Source of the DNA: Actinomycetes bacterium
GTDB taxonomy: Bacteria; Actinomycetota; Actinomycetes; S36-B12; GCA-2699445
Direction: 5' to 3'
Assembly (NCBI GenBank): GCA_022599915.1
Contig: JAHZLH010000027.1
Span: 5,610-69,609, forward strand
DNA length: 64,000 bases
Part shown: piece after piece, positions 19,309 through 27,971 of the stretch
How positions within the stretch are numbered: position 1 is the stretch's first letter
How the letters are laid out: each line of letters opens with the position of its first letter
Made by a program: the position numbers and the translations under genes
The notes under the pieces: model-generated
What the model saw: only the letters and a program-made list of their open reading frames with translations
Told to the model about the DNA's origin: nothing
The model's database searches: none

Positions 19309-20373
19309 CTAACGCCTTTCCGCTGACGGCGAGCCAGAGGGGCAGTCAGCGACTGATTTCCCAGCCCGCCACTCCGTGATCGCCTTCATAGCCTGATCGA
19401 GAGTCTCCACGGCCGCAACTGCCAAGCCGTCCGGGATCTGCCCAACCACTTCGTCACAGTTCCCGACCGGAGCGAGGAATAACTCAGCGCCATCTTCTCG
19501 CGCTGAGATCATTTTCTTCGCGATGCCACCGATCTCCCCTACATCACCTTCCGAGGAAATAGTGCCGGTGCCGGCAATGTGCCGTCCTGCCACCAAATCT
19601 TGCGGCGTGAGCTTGTCGATGATGGCTACGGCGAGCATGAGTCCCGCGCTGGGGCCACCGATTCCGTCTAGATTGAGGGCCACCTCAAAGTCTGACGAGT
19701 ACACGTTCTCCACAACGATTCCGACGCGAGCCACCTCATCACCATTTTCGTCAGTCGCGGATTCCGAGGCGACAGTCACCTCGGACTCCTCACCATCTCT
19801 GACGATGATCAGTTGAAACTCGGTTCCGGGGGGCTGGCTTTGTATCCGTTTCGCAACCTGCTGAGAGTTACCGACGGACTTACCGTCGATGCCCACGATC
19901 TCGTCCGTGGCTTGCAGTACTCCCTCGGCTGGGGTGTCCAACGCGACTGATACGACCACCGGCACCGACGTGACCGGGCGATCCAGATAGTTGGCCGCCG
20001 CAGCCTGGGCGGTGGACAGCGATGCATCGAACACTGCTTCTTCAAACTCGCGCGCCTGGGCATCACCACGATCCTCGTCGGGGAGCACCGTGGTGGTGGA
20101 GCTGAGCCACCCCAGTACGGCGAGCCCGCTGGTGATGCTTCCGCCTGATCCGCCGTACTCCGAGACTGTGGTCAGATCCATGACGCCGTCGGCCGTATAG
20201 GTCGTCGTGCCCGTGACTTCCAGCACCGGCTCGCCCTCCACCTCACCGAGCAGGTCAAACACCGGCCCTGGCGACCGAGCAACAAACGGCACTGGGGCAA
20301 AGGCGGCCACAGCAGCCAGCACCAGTACCAGTCCCCCGACAAGCCAGAACCAGAACCTCCCCCGAGACGTCAT
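19309..20373 (-). CDS. PDZ domain / Lon-like (YlbL) protease
   Basis: N-terminal TM, PDZ domain, GIGGPSAGLM, IAGTGTI, IGGIAKKM Ser-Lys dyad. ATG overlaps the upstream stop. Confidence 0.92.
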   Translation of the reverse strand: MTSRGRFWFWLVGGLVLVLAAVAAFAPVPFVARSPGPVFDLLGEVEGEPVLEVTGTTTYTADGVMDLTTVSEYGGSGGSITSGLAVLGWLSSTTTVLPDEDRGDAQAREFEEAVFDASLSTAQAAAANYLDRPVTSVPVVVSVALDTPAEGVLQATDEIVGIDGKSVGNSQQVAKRIQSQPPGTEFQLIIVRDGEESEVTVASESATDENGDEVARVGIVVENVYSSDFEVALNLDGIGGPSAGLMLAVAIIDKLTPQDLVAGRHIAGTGTISSEGDVGEIGGIAKKMISAREDGAELFLAPVGNCDEVVGQIPDGLAVAAVETLDQAMKAITEWRAGKSVADCPSGSPSAERR

Positions 20374-20543
20374 CTTGGGTCGCTTTGCTCGTCCGGGCGC
20401 AGCACCTGTTCGATACGGGTCAGTTTTTCCCGCTGCAATTCTTGGGCGTCGGCTGGGCTCGGCGCGCGGTCTCGCCATAGCAGTAATGCCGCCACAATCA
20501 CCGTCACGAGCACGGGCGCGACAAGCCACAAGACCGGTTCCAC
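20370..20543 (-). CDS. Small single-pass membrane protein (57 aa), coupled to the PDZ/Lon gene
   Basis: GTG start 6 nt after GATACT; MEPVLWLVAPVLVTVIVAALLLWRDR...; ATGA overlap with the next gene. Confidence 0.7.
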   Translation of the reverse strand: MEPVLWLVAPVLVTVIVAALLLWRDRAPSPADAQELQREKLTRIEQVLRPDEQSDPR

Positions 20544-20702
20544 TCCGCAAGTATCGCGTATGGCGCCCAGTCGGCTGGCATCCGGCGCGGCCAAGTCTTG
20601 GGTTCGTCCGCTGTCAGCGGACAGCACGGCCGCGCGTTAGCAGATCCGCGATGTCGCCGTTACCGTGAGAAGTGCGGTGTAAACCGCTGAGCAGGAGGTC
20701 AC

Positions 20703-22052
20703 ATGAGCGGCAACCTTCCCTTTGGATTCCACCCACCCGGTGAGGGAGAAGAACCCAACCAGCCACCGGGCGGATTCGACCTGGGCAATCTAGGCGCAGC
20801 CTTAGAGTCGCTGGGCCGGATGCTGCAGACCGGCGGTTCCGCTGGTCCGGTCAACTGGGAGATGGCCAAACAAGTCGGGCGGCAACACGAAGCCCAACGG
20901 AAAGACCCCGGTGTCAGCCCGACGGAATCCACCGCAGTCAACGACGCAGTTCAATTGGCCAACCACTGGCTAGACGACTCCTGCAGCTTCGCCGCAAGTA
21001 ACGCTGCCGCCATCGCCTGGAGTCGCGGTGAATGGCTGGACAACACCCTGCCCGCGTGGCAGCAATATGTGACGCCGGTGGCGGAACAGGTGACCTCCAC
21101 CATGTCTGACCTGATGGGCGGTCAAGGAATGCCAGGTGGCGGTGAGATACCGGGCATGGACTCCGAGCAGATTCAAGCACTCCTGGGGCCACTGTCCGGC
21201 ATCACCCAGCAGCTGGGCTCAGCGATGTTCGCAACCCAGGCGGGACAAGGCTTGGGCATGCTGTCCGGAGAGGTGCTGTGCTCTTCTGACATCGGCATTC
21301 CGCTCACTCCTGACGGTCGCCCATCGCTACTCCCAGCCAACATCAATGCATTCGCCGACGAGTTGGAACTGCCGCGGCAAGACGTTCTGGTGTACATCGC
21401 TTTGCGGGAATGTGCTCACCAACGACTGTTCACTCACGTGCCATGGCTGCGTTCTCGACTGGAAGAGGCTGTTGCTGCTTACGCACGCGGTATCAAAGTC
21501 GACACCAGCGCGATCGAAGAGATGATGGGTCAGGTCGACCCGATGAACCCCGAGTCGATGCAGAACCTGATGTCGGAAGACATGTTCAAGCCACAAGAAT
21601 CTCCGGAGCAAAAAGCTGCCTTGGCCCGTCTGGAGACGCTGCTTGCGCTGGTCGAGGGCTGGGTCGAGATCGCCGTGGCCGGCGCTGCTGCAGAGCGACT
21701 GCCCTCGCTACCGCAGTTGACCGAAGCAATGCGGAGACGTCGCGCTGCTGGTGGACCTGCGGAAAAGACCTTCGCCAACCTGGTCGGCTTGGAAATGCGC
21801 CCGCGCCGCTTGCGAGAGGCCGCGGCGTACTGGAACCGCGTGACCGATGGCGACGTGGAGACTCGGGATAACCGCTGGGAGCATCCCGACCTACTGCCCA
21901 CGTCTGAAGATCTCGATGACCTTGATGGGTTCTTCGCGGGCTTGGAAGTGCCGGAGTTGGAACCCGGAGACTGGCCAGTTGCCGAGAACGATATTTCCGA
22001 GGATGAAGGTACCGGTCCTGACACGGACGAGGATCCGCCGCAAACTTCGTGA
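20703..22052 (+). CDS. Zinc-dependent metalloprotease-like protein (Rv3195/DUF2342 type)
   Basis: GPVNWEMA, ALRECAHQRLF, LETLLALVEGWV, GGPAEKTF, WEHPDLLP; AGGAGG RBS. Confidence 0.9.
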   Translation: MSGNLPFGFHPPGEGEEPNQPPGGFDLGNLGAALESLGRMLQTGGSAGPVNWEMAKQVGRQHEAQRKDPGVSPTESTAVNDAVQLANHWLDDSCSFAASNAAAIAWSRGEWLDNTLPAWQQYVTPVAEQVTSTMSDLMGGQGMPGGGEIPGMDSEQIQALLGPLSGITQQLGSAMFATQAGQGLGMLSGEVLCSSDIGIPLTPDGRPSLLPANINAFADELELPRQDVLVYIALRECAHQRLFTHVPWLRSRLEEAVAAYARGIKVDTSAIEEMMGQVDPMNPESMQNLMSEDMFKPQESPEQKAALARLETLLALVEGWVEIAVAGAAAERLPSLPQLTEAMRRRRAAGGPAEKTFANLVGLEMRPRRLREAAAYWNRVTDGDVETRDNRWEHPDLLPTSEDLDDLDGFFAGLEVPELEPGDWPVAENDISEDEGTGPDTDEDPPQTS

Positions 22053-22141
22053 CCGGCCAGCCCAACTTTGGTCGACTGCTTGCGCTCGGTTCCCTTGCCT
22101 AAATGTGGAGCTTCATCAAGTAACGAACTAGAGGGCGACTC

Positions 22142-23728
22142 ATGCGCCGTATTGCTATTGCCACCCTTTCCGCTACCGGTCTCGCCGCCGGAATGATCGC
22201 GCTCGCTGCCCCAGCGGTTATGGCGCAAAGCTCCTGTGAAAAAGCGACCGGAGGCAGCACGAGCAGCCTGGCGTACACCGGCAAGACCAGTGGGAACTCA
22301 ACAAATGGCTACACCTGCGCCTACCAGCGCAGCCAAGGTAAGACCAGCCTCAAACCGTGGCAGACCAAGTCCTTCACTTCGAATACCGCCAAGGGCTACT
22401 ACCGGATGAAGACCTGCACTCAGGTCGAGGGTAAGAACATCAGCAGTACACCGGCCTACGCCCAGACCGCAATGGGCTCGTCCTGGACCCAAACCAATAC
22501 CAACTGGGACTTCAGCAAGACTGGCCACGTCGGCTCGGGAATCTTCTGGGCAACGGACAACGTCGCTGGCAGTCAATACACCACCAGTCCCTGCAACTGG
22601 GGCGGCTACCCCACCAACCAGTTCTGGCAAACCTCCTCGACCGTCACTCTGGTCGGCTACAACAAGACCACCGGTTCTCCTACCTTTGATATCGCTGTGA
22701 CCCCCGAGGGCAACGCCCCGGCGGGTAGCGACGCTTTCGTCTTTCAGATGCTCGGCGACACCCCAGATCCGACCACCGACAAGGGTGTAGCTGAAGGCGC
22801 GCTGAGCGACGGGGCGCTGAGTGTCACATCACCCCTGCCGTTCGCGGCTGGCGATTACACCTTCTATGCCGTCTACGGCGGCTCTGGTGCGGACCTGGAT
22901 CCACGGGTTTCGCCCCAAGACCTGATCCCAACCCAGCGCGGTTGGCTACCCTCGCTGTCCGGCACAATCGCCGTCACTATCGATAGCGGTCTGAATACAA
23001 CTACCACCGAGGGCGCAGCTCTGGATCCCACCTACGACCTAGCACCGATAGCAGACGGCAAACCGCTGCCGATGTCGGTGGTGAATGACAGCACCGAGTA
23101 TCCGAAGACGCCGCAGGCCACCTGCGAGTCCGGAGAACGCCCCATCCATGTCGAAGGCTTCTCACCCAAGAAGTCCATCGACAATGATCACCTCACTTGG
23201 ACCAAGAACGGCGCCAAGCTGAACATCGGCAAGGCCAAGGACGGCACCAAACTTAATCTGCAGGTGGTCTGCCGGCCTCCGGCGGAAAAACCGACCGGTC
23301 TCGGCAAACTGCGACTCGGCACTGTACGGGCTGACGAGTTGACGCAGAAGAAGGCGGGACCCACCTTTGCCGGTCCGGGCAAGGATGAAGTGACCGTGAA
23401 AGCCAAGAAGGGTTCCGCATATGGCGCGTTGGGCCGGTATCGGGTCTACCTCAAAGCTGCCAACACCGCCGGGGACGGCGGCCCCGGTGCTGACATGATC
23501 AAGTCCGCCACCAAGCCGAAGAATGCCGACGGCAAGAAGGCCGGCCGGGCGCTGCTCATCGGGGGCCCCGGACCAGACACCATGATCAGCGGCTACGGTC
23601 CCGATCGAGTCAACGCCCGTGACGGTGAGCCCAATGACACCGTGGAATGTCGGGGCAGCAAGACCCGAGTGCTGGCCGACAAGGGCGACACCGTGATGGG
23701 CAACTGCAAGTGGATCAAGCGAAAATAG
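22142..23728 (+). CDS. Secreted protein with C-terminal RTX/hemolysin-type Ca-binding-like repeats
   Basis: Sec signal peptide, Cys pairs, GDGGPGADMI / GGPGPDTMISGYGPDRVNARDG repeats. Confidence 0.75.
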   Translation: MRRIAIATLSATGLAAGMIALAAPAVMAQSSCEKATGGSTSSLAYTGKTSGNSTNGYTCAYQRSQGKTSLKPWQTKSFTSNTAKGYYRMKTCTQVEGKNISSTPAYAQTAMGSSWTQTNTNWDFSKTGHVGSGIFWATDNVAGSQYTTSPCNWGGYPTNQFWQTSSTVTLVGYNKTTGSPTFDIAVTPEGNAPAGSDAFVFQMLGDTPDPTTDKGVAEGALSDGALSVTSPLPFAAGDYTFYAVYGGSGADLDPRVSPQDLIPTQRGWLPSLSGTIAVTIDSGLNTTTTEGAALDPTYDLAPIADGKPLPMSVVNDSTEYPKTPQATCESGERPIHVEGFSPKKSIDNDHLTWTKNGAKLNIGKAKDGTKLNLQVVCRPPAEKPTGLGKLRLGTVRADELTQKKAGPTFAGPGKDEVTVKAKKGSAYGALGRYRVYLKAANTAGDGGPGADMIKSATKPKNADGKKAGRALLIGGPGPDTMISGYGPDRVNARDGEPNDTVECRGSKTRVLADKGDTVMGNCKWIKRK

Positions 23729-23824
23729 CGCCGAACCGCTTCGGCAGCCACTAGCCGTTTCTGGCGCTCCGGGACTGGGGATTCTCCAGATGTCGCACCG
23801 CGACACACATATCTGGAGGACACC

Positions 23825-23983
23825 ATGTCACCTGACCCGCACCGTAGCCGCACCACTCACGCCGACGCCGAGAACGAAAACGAAGACGAAGTTTGCACGC
23901 TGCACAACCTGCTGTGGGACTCTTTGATCGCCTTCGGTGCCAGTAGCGGTTACGCCACGGTCTACCCGGCTGACCGCAACTAG
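23825..23983 (+). CDS. Putative 52-aa small protein
   Basis: GGAGGA-4nt-ATG; MSPDPHRSRTTHADAENENEDEVCTLHNLLWDSLIAFGASSGYATVYPADRN*; fills the intergenic gap. Confidence 0.5.
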   Translation: MSPDPHRSRTTHADAENENEDEVCTLHNLLWDSLIAFGASSGYATVYPADRN

Positions 23984-23999
23984 CGATCAATCCCGCAGA

Positions 24000-25229
24000 T
24001 CACCAATCCGGGCGTACTGGCATGTCAGACGATCCGTCTGGGGCCGTGTGCACCGCCAGCACCTGATGCAACTGAATCAGGTTGTGGGCAAACCCCCAGC
24101 GCGACGCGTTGAGGTACAACCGCCATACCCGGGCTTTGCGCAAGCCAATCTCGGCAACGGATTCATCCCAGTGATCGTCGAGGTTGCGTGACCAGTCCCG
24201 CAACGTCATCGCGTAATGCTCACGCAGGTTCTCCTCGTGACGCACTTCCAGGTTCTGGTGCTCCATGCGGTCGATGAGATGCCCCACGTGGACTAGCTCT
24301 CCGTCGGGGAAGATGTAGCGGTTGATGAAACCACGTGAGGTCTTGGTCCGCGCCTTGGCATCAGTACGAGTGATGCAGTGGTTGAGCAGACGAGCTCCGT
24401 AGTTGAGCTTGCCACGCAGGTAAGTGAAGTAGTTGTCGTACTGATCCCGACCGATGTGCTCAGTAAGCCCGATGGAAGACACCGCATCAAAGCCCGTCTC
24501 TGGCACATCGCGATAGTCACCGGCCCGGATTTGTGCGGTGGCGGTGAGACCTTCCCGCTCCAACATCTGCTGTCCCCACAACGCCTGTTGCTTGGACAAC
24601 GTCACCCCAATAACTTCGACGCCGTAATGCTTAGCGGCGTGACGGGTCATTCCACCCCAACCGCAGCCGACGTCCAGCAGCTTCATGCCCGAGCGCAGCC
24701 CTAGTTTTCGGCAGACCAGATCGAACTTCTCGTCCTGAGCTTCCTCCAGAGTGGAATCCAGCTTGGGATAGACCGCACAGGTGTAAGCCATCGTCGGGCC
24801 CAGCAGCCATTCGTAGAACGTGTTGGAGACGTCGTAGTGGTGGCTGATCGCATCAGCGTCGCGACGACGGCCATGCAACCGGCCGCCTAACTTCACTTCC
24901 TCCGGCGGCGGCGGCACCCGCTTCAACGCGTGTGGGCCGAGATCGCGCAGCAGCGCCAACGACTCTTTCTTCGATGGCATCCGGCGGCTGGTGTAGAGCC
25001 GATCAAAGGCCTCGTAGACATCCCCTTCGATGTCGAGGTCGCCGTGCACGTAGGCGCGAGCGATACCCAGTTGACCGGGGGCGGACATGAACGCTCCCAC
25101 AGCCTTAGGCGACTTGACCACAACACGGACGTCACTGTCGGGGTCACCAGCGCGGCTGCCGTCATATGCAACGAACTGCACTCCGCAATCGGGTTCAACG
25201 AGTAACTCAAAAACTTCGCCTAGCTTCAT
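24000..25229 (-). CDS. cfa: SAM-dependent fatty acyl methyltransferase (Cfa family; Rv3720/TmsB/BfaB-like)
   Basis: AISHHYDVSN, LGPTMAYTCAV, LLDVGCGWG, FINRYIFPDG, HYAMTL. Confidence 0.9.
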   Translation of the reverse strand: MKLGEVFELLVEPDCGVQFVAYDGSRAGDPDSDVRVVVKSPKAVGAFMSAPGQLGIARAYVHGDLDIEGDVYEAFDRLYTSRRMPSKKESLALLRDLGPHALKRVPPPPEEVKLGGRLHGRRRDADAISHHYDVSNTFYEWLLGPTMAYTCAVYPKLDSTLEEAQDEKFDLVCRKLGLRSGMKLLDVGCGWGGMTRHAAKHYGVEVIGVTLSKQQALWGQQMLEREGLTATAQIRAGDYRDVPETGFDAVSSIGLTEHIGRDQYDNYFTYLRGKLNYGARLLNHCITRTDAKARTKTSRGFINRYIFPDGELVHVGHLIDRMEHQNLEVRHEENLREHYAMTLRDWSRNLDDHWDESVAEIGLRKARVWRLYLNASRWGFAHNLIQLHQVLAVHTAPDGSSDMPVRPDW

Positions 25230-25275
25230 ATCGTCCTCCTTGTATGCCTATCCTGCCGCGCCCGGGATCCCTAGC

Positions 25276-26637
25276 TCAAACCGGCGTCACACACTTGTCG
25301 TACAGCTCCGCAAACCGACTGTCTGGATCGTAGCGCTGCTTGAGTCTCCAATAGTCGTCGCCACCGTAGATTCGGTAGAACTCGTCTCGGTCGTAGAACG
25401 AGGTTGAGTACAACGATTTGCGGCCACCCAGTCTGGTCACCTCGGCTTCAATAGCCCGGTTGATGGCACCATCCTCGGGGTCACCACCGTCAGTGCGCGG
25501 CACTGTGGACCAGAAACCTACATTGACGTAGATCTTGCTGGGGTCAAAGGAGTACAACGACCAGTAGGCATCCGGATCACGTTGCTGCAACGGGCACAGC
25601 CATACCGGTGAGATGCCTACTTCCCGATCGAAGAACTCCAAGAACTCGGGTAGTGCCTCGATCGGGATTTCCACATCTTGCACGACCGGTTCCCGTGGCG
25701 GCAGGCCGCGACGAGAGTCCAATCGGGCAGAGAACTGCAGCCGTCGGTCTAGCGCCACTAATTTCCAGTAGACGTCGCTGCGTAACAGCGATTTCGGCCA
25801 GAACCGACGGATCATCGGATTTTGCGCACCCATCGCCCGGGAACACCAGAACCAGTCGGTGTCCCAACGCCACAGATAGTCGTGGGTAGTCAGCCGGTCA
25901 CTGCTGCGCTGCTGCAGCGACCGGTAGTAGATCTGCATTCCGGTGTAGTCCGACGCTGGGCCGGGATCATCCGTGTACCGCCCCAAGGTCACATAGGTCT
26001 CGCCTGGACCAAAAGCGGTGCCATCGATGAAGTCCACCTGTAGGCCGTCCCAGGTCCGTTCACGGGCGACTTGGGTCAGCACGGCGGTTGCTTCGGTGTA
26101 ACTGGTACAGGGCACGTGCGTTAGCGCGACGTAGTCGGCAACTGGCTCGACTTCGATCTCTAGCCGTAGCGCGTAACCCAAGCTGCCATACGAGTTAGGA
26201 AAGCCGTAGAACAGGTCGGCGTACTCGCCGCCCGGTTCTGCGCGGACTACCTCTCCTGTTCCGGTGAGCACGTCCATCGCCACTACGGTTTCGTGCGGGC
26301 AGCCGTTTCGAAAGCTCGGAGATTCAATGCCGAGGCCGGTCACGGCTCCGCCGAGTGTGATGGTGCGCAACTGCGGCACACACATGGGCGAAACGCCGTG
26401 GGGAAGTGTGCGAGCCACCAGTTTCTCGTAGGTGGTGAGCCCACCAACCATGGCTCGCCGAATGTCGGGATCAACCCAATAAACGCCATCGAAGGCGGAA
26501 AGGTCCAGCGCTGCCTCAGCGTCGCGCCGATACCGGAAGAGGTTAGAGGTCTTTTTGCTCAGTCGGATTGGGCGATCCGCAGGCCAATCAGCCACCGTCC
26601 GACTAGCCACAGCGGCAGCCGCAGCGAAGTCCGGCAT
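25276..26637 (-). CDS. FAD-binding oxidoreductase (Rv3719/TmsA/BfaA-like)
   Basis: IRLSKKTSNLFR, VPQLRTITLGGAVTGLGIES, FPNSYGSLGY, DYLWRWDTDWFWCS, KSLYS. The start codon is uncertain. Confidence 0.88.
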   Translation of the reverse strand: MPDFAAAAAVASRTVADWPADRPIRLSKKTSNLFRYRRDAEAALDLSAFDGVYWVDPDIRRAMVGGLTTYEKLVARTLPHGVSPMCVPQLRTITLGGAVTGLGIESPSFRNGCPHETVVAMDVLTGTGEVVRAEPGGEYADLFYGFPNSYGSLGYALRLEIEVEPVADYVALTHVPCTSYTEATAVLTQVARERTWDGLQVDFIDGTAFGPGETYVTLGRYTDDPGPASDYTGMQIYYRSLQQRSSDRLTTHDYLWRWDTDWFWCSRAMGAQNPMIRRFWPKSLLRSDVYWKLVALDRRLQFSARLDSRRGLPPREPVVQDVEIPIEALPEFLEFFDREVGISPVWLCPLQQRDPDAYWSLYSFDPSKIYVNVGFWSTVPRTDGGDPEDGAINRAIEAEVTRLGGRKSLYSTSFYDRDEFYRIYGGDDYWRLKQRYDPDSRFAELYDKCVTPV

Positions 26638-26699
26638 CCTGTCCGAGGGCCGGGCCGGCGGAGCGCCCGAGGCCAACCCCCGAAGCGCTCCGCGCGAAC

Positions 26700-26858
26700 T
26701 CATGCCTTGCCCAAAATCCGATTCACTTTGGTGTCGCACTCGGGGCACTTGCCCTGGGCCATGCGGGTGCCCTTGGCGTTAACGACAACCTGGCCAGTGA
26801 AATCGCGCTTTTCCTTGCACTTCACGCAGTAGGCGGTACCGCTGTACTCCTCAGCCAT
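26700..26858 (-). CDS. Small zinc-ribbon protein (DUF5679-like), 52 aa
   Basis: Below the ORF-track cutoff. GAGGAGG RBS; MAEEYSGTAYCVKCKEKRDF...GKCPECDTKVNRILGKA*. Confidence 0.9.
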   Translation of the reverse strand: MAEEYSGTAYCVKCKEKRDFTGQVVVNAKGTRMAQGKCPECDTKVNRILGKA

Positions 26859-27031
26859 GCGTCCTCCTCAAAACGGTAGTTTTACCGCTGAAATCCTACG
26901 CACCAACCCACCAGTGATACGCACTGGGGCATTTTCCGTCACTATCTCACCGGCAGCAGCCATCTGCTGGTCGCGCCAGAACCTGTGGATATCTATTGGT
27001 GGTGTCAGCAGATCGCGTGGCAGCATGCCGC

Positions 27032-27967
27032 ATGCCTCAACCGTTCCACACCGCAGCTCCTCTACCCAGTCGTCCCCGCCTCAACCCCGCCGTGCCGGTT
27101 ATTCCATTGGCAGACGGGGTCATCCAAGTGGGATGGTCGCGACGCTATCGATTCTTCGGGGCGGAAGCCGCCGCCGTGACGGCTAGCCTGCCACCCTTGC
27201 AGCAACAACGACGACTCCGCGACTACGACGACCAAAAGCTTGCGGGATTGGCGTTGCTGCAACGCTGCGGAGCCCTACAATCCGGACGTTGGCCAACAGG
27301 CTGGGATCGTCATCCAGACGCCGATCGCGCGCGACTGCGTGGTTTAGTGAACTCACTGGCGAGTACCGATGCCGCCGATCTGGTGGCAGCGCGATCCCAA
27401 CACCGGGTGTGGGTCAGCGCGCCTACCGGTTGGGACACCCTGCATAGCGGCTTGCAGCGTTTGAACCTCTCCTTAGCGACGACTGCTGCCGACGCCAGCA
27501 TTGCCGTACTCGTCGGTGCCACCGGGTTCCAACAGATTAGTTCGTTGATGCGCAACGGCACGCCCCACCTGGCGGTGTCGCCACGAACGGACTCGATTCG
27601 AATTGGGCCGCTGGTCGTTCCTGGCAAAAGCGCCTGTCTGCAATGCCTGCAGTTGACCCGCACCGAGCGGGATCAGCACTTTCCCGTGGTATCACTGCGG
27701 CTGGAGAACTACCTGGCGGTGGAACGAGATCAGGTACTCGTCGAACAAGCGTCACTCGCAAGTGCCCGATTGGTCAGCCGCGCTGTCGATGCGGTCGGCA
27801 ACGGGAGTTGGGGTAGCGCCAGCGACGGGGAACTACCCAACGATCTCACCGACATGATCGGACGGTGCTGGACCGTGACGACCCGGAGCCCAGAAAATCG
27901 GGCGACTCCGCTTGCGCGTCACCCGTTATGCCCGTGTTGGTGGCAGCCACTTCCCGTCGCGAGCTGA
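27032..27967 (+). CDS. Rv3196-like ThiF/cyclodehydratase-scaffold-like protein
   Basis: IGPLVVPGKSACLQCL and C-terminal HPLCPC; synteny with the zincin and ABC1 kinase genes. Confidence 0.75.
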   Translation: MPQPFHTAAPLPSRPRLNPAVPVIPLADGVIQVGWSRRYRFFGAEAAAVTASLPPLQQQRRLRDYDDQKLAGLALLQRCGALQSGRWPTGWDRHPDADRARLRGLVNSLASTDAADLVAARSQHRVWVSAPTGWDTLHSGLQRLNLSLATTAADASIAVLVGATGFQQISSLMRNGTPHLAVSPRTDSIRIGPLVVPGKSACLQCLQLTRTERDQHFPVVSLRLENYLAVERDQVLVEQASLASARLVSRAVDAVGNGSWGSASDGELPNDLTDMIGRCWTVTTRSPENRATPLARHPLCPCWWQPLPVAS

Positions 27968-27971
27968 CGTT

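Noticed and set aside
21400..21435. RECAH instead of HExxH as an inactivating mutation
   Set aside because: As I recall, the RExAH form is normal for this actinobacterial family.
27032..27967. RiPP (TOMM) cluster suggested by the cyclodehydratase-scaffold-like protein
   Set aside because: No YcaO, dehydrogenase or transporter is present; the gene fits the conserved Rv3196 position.
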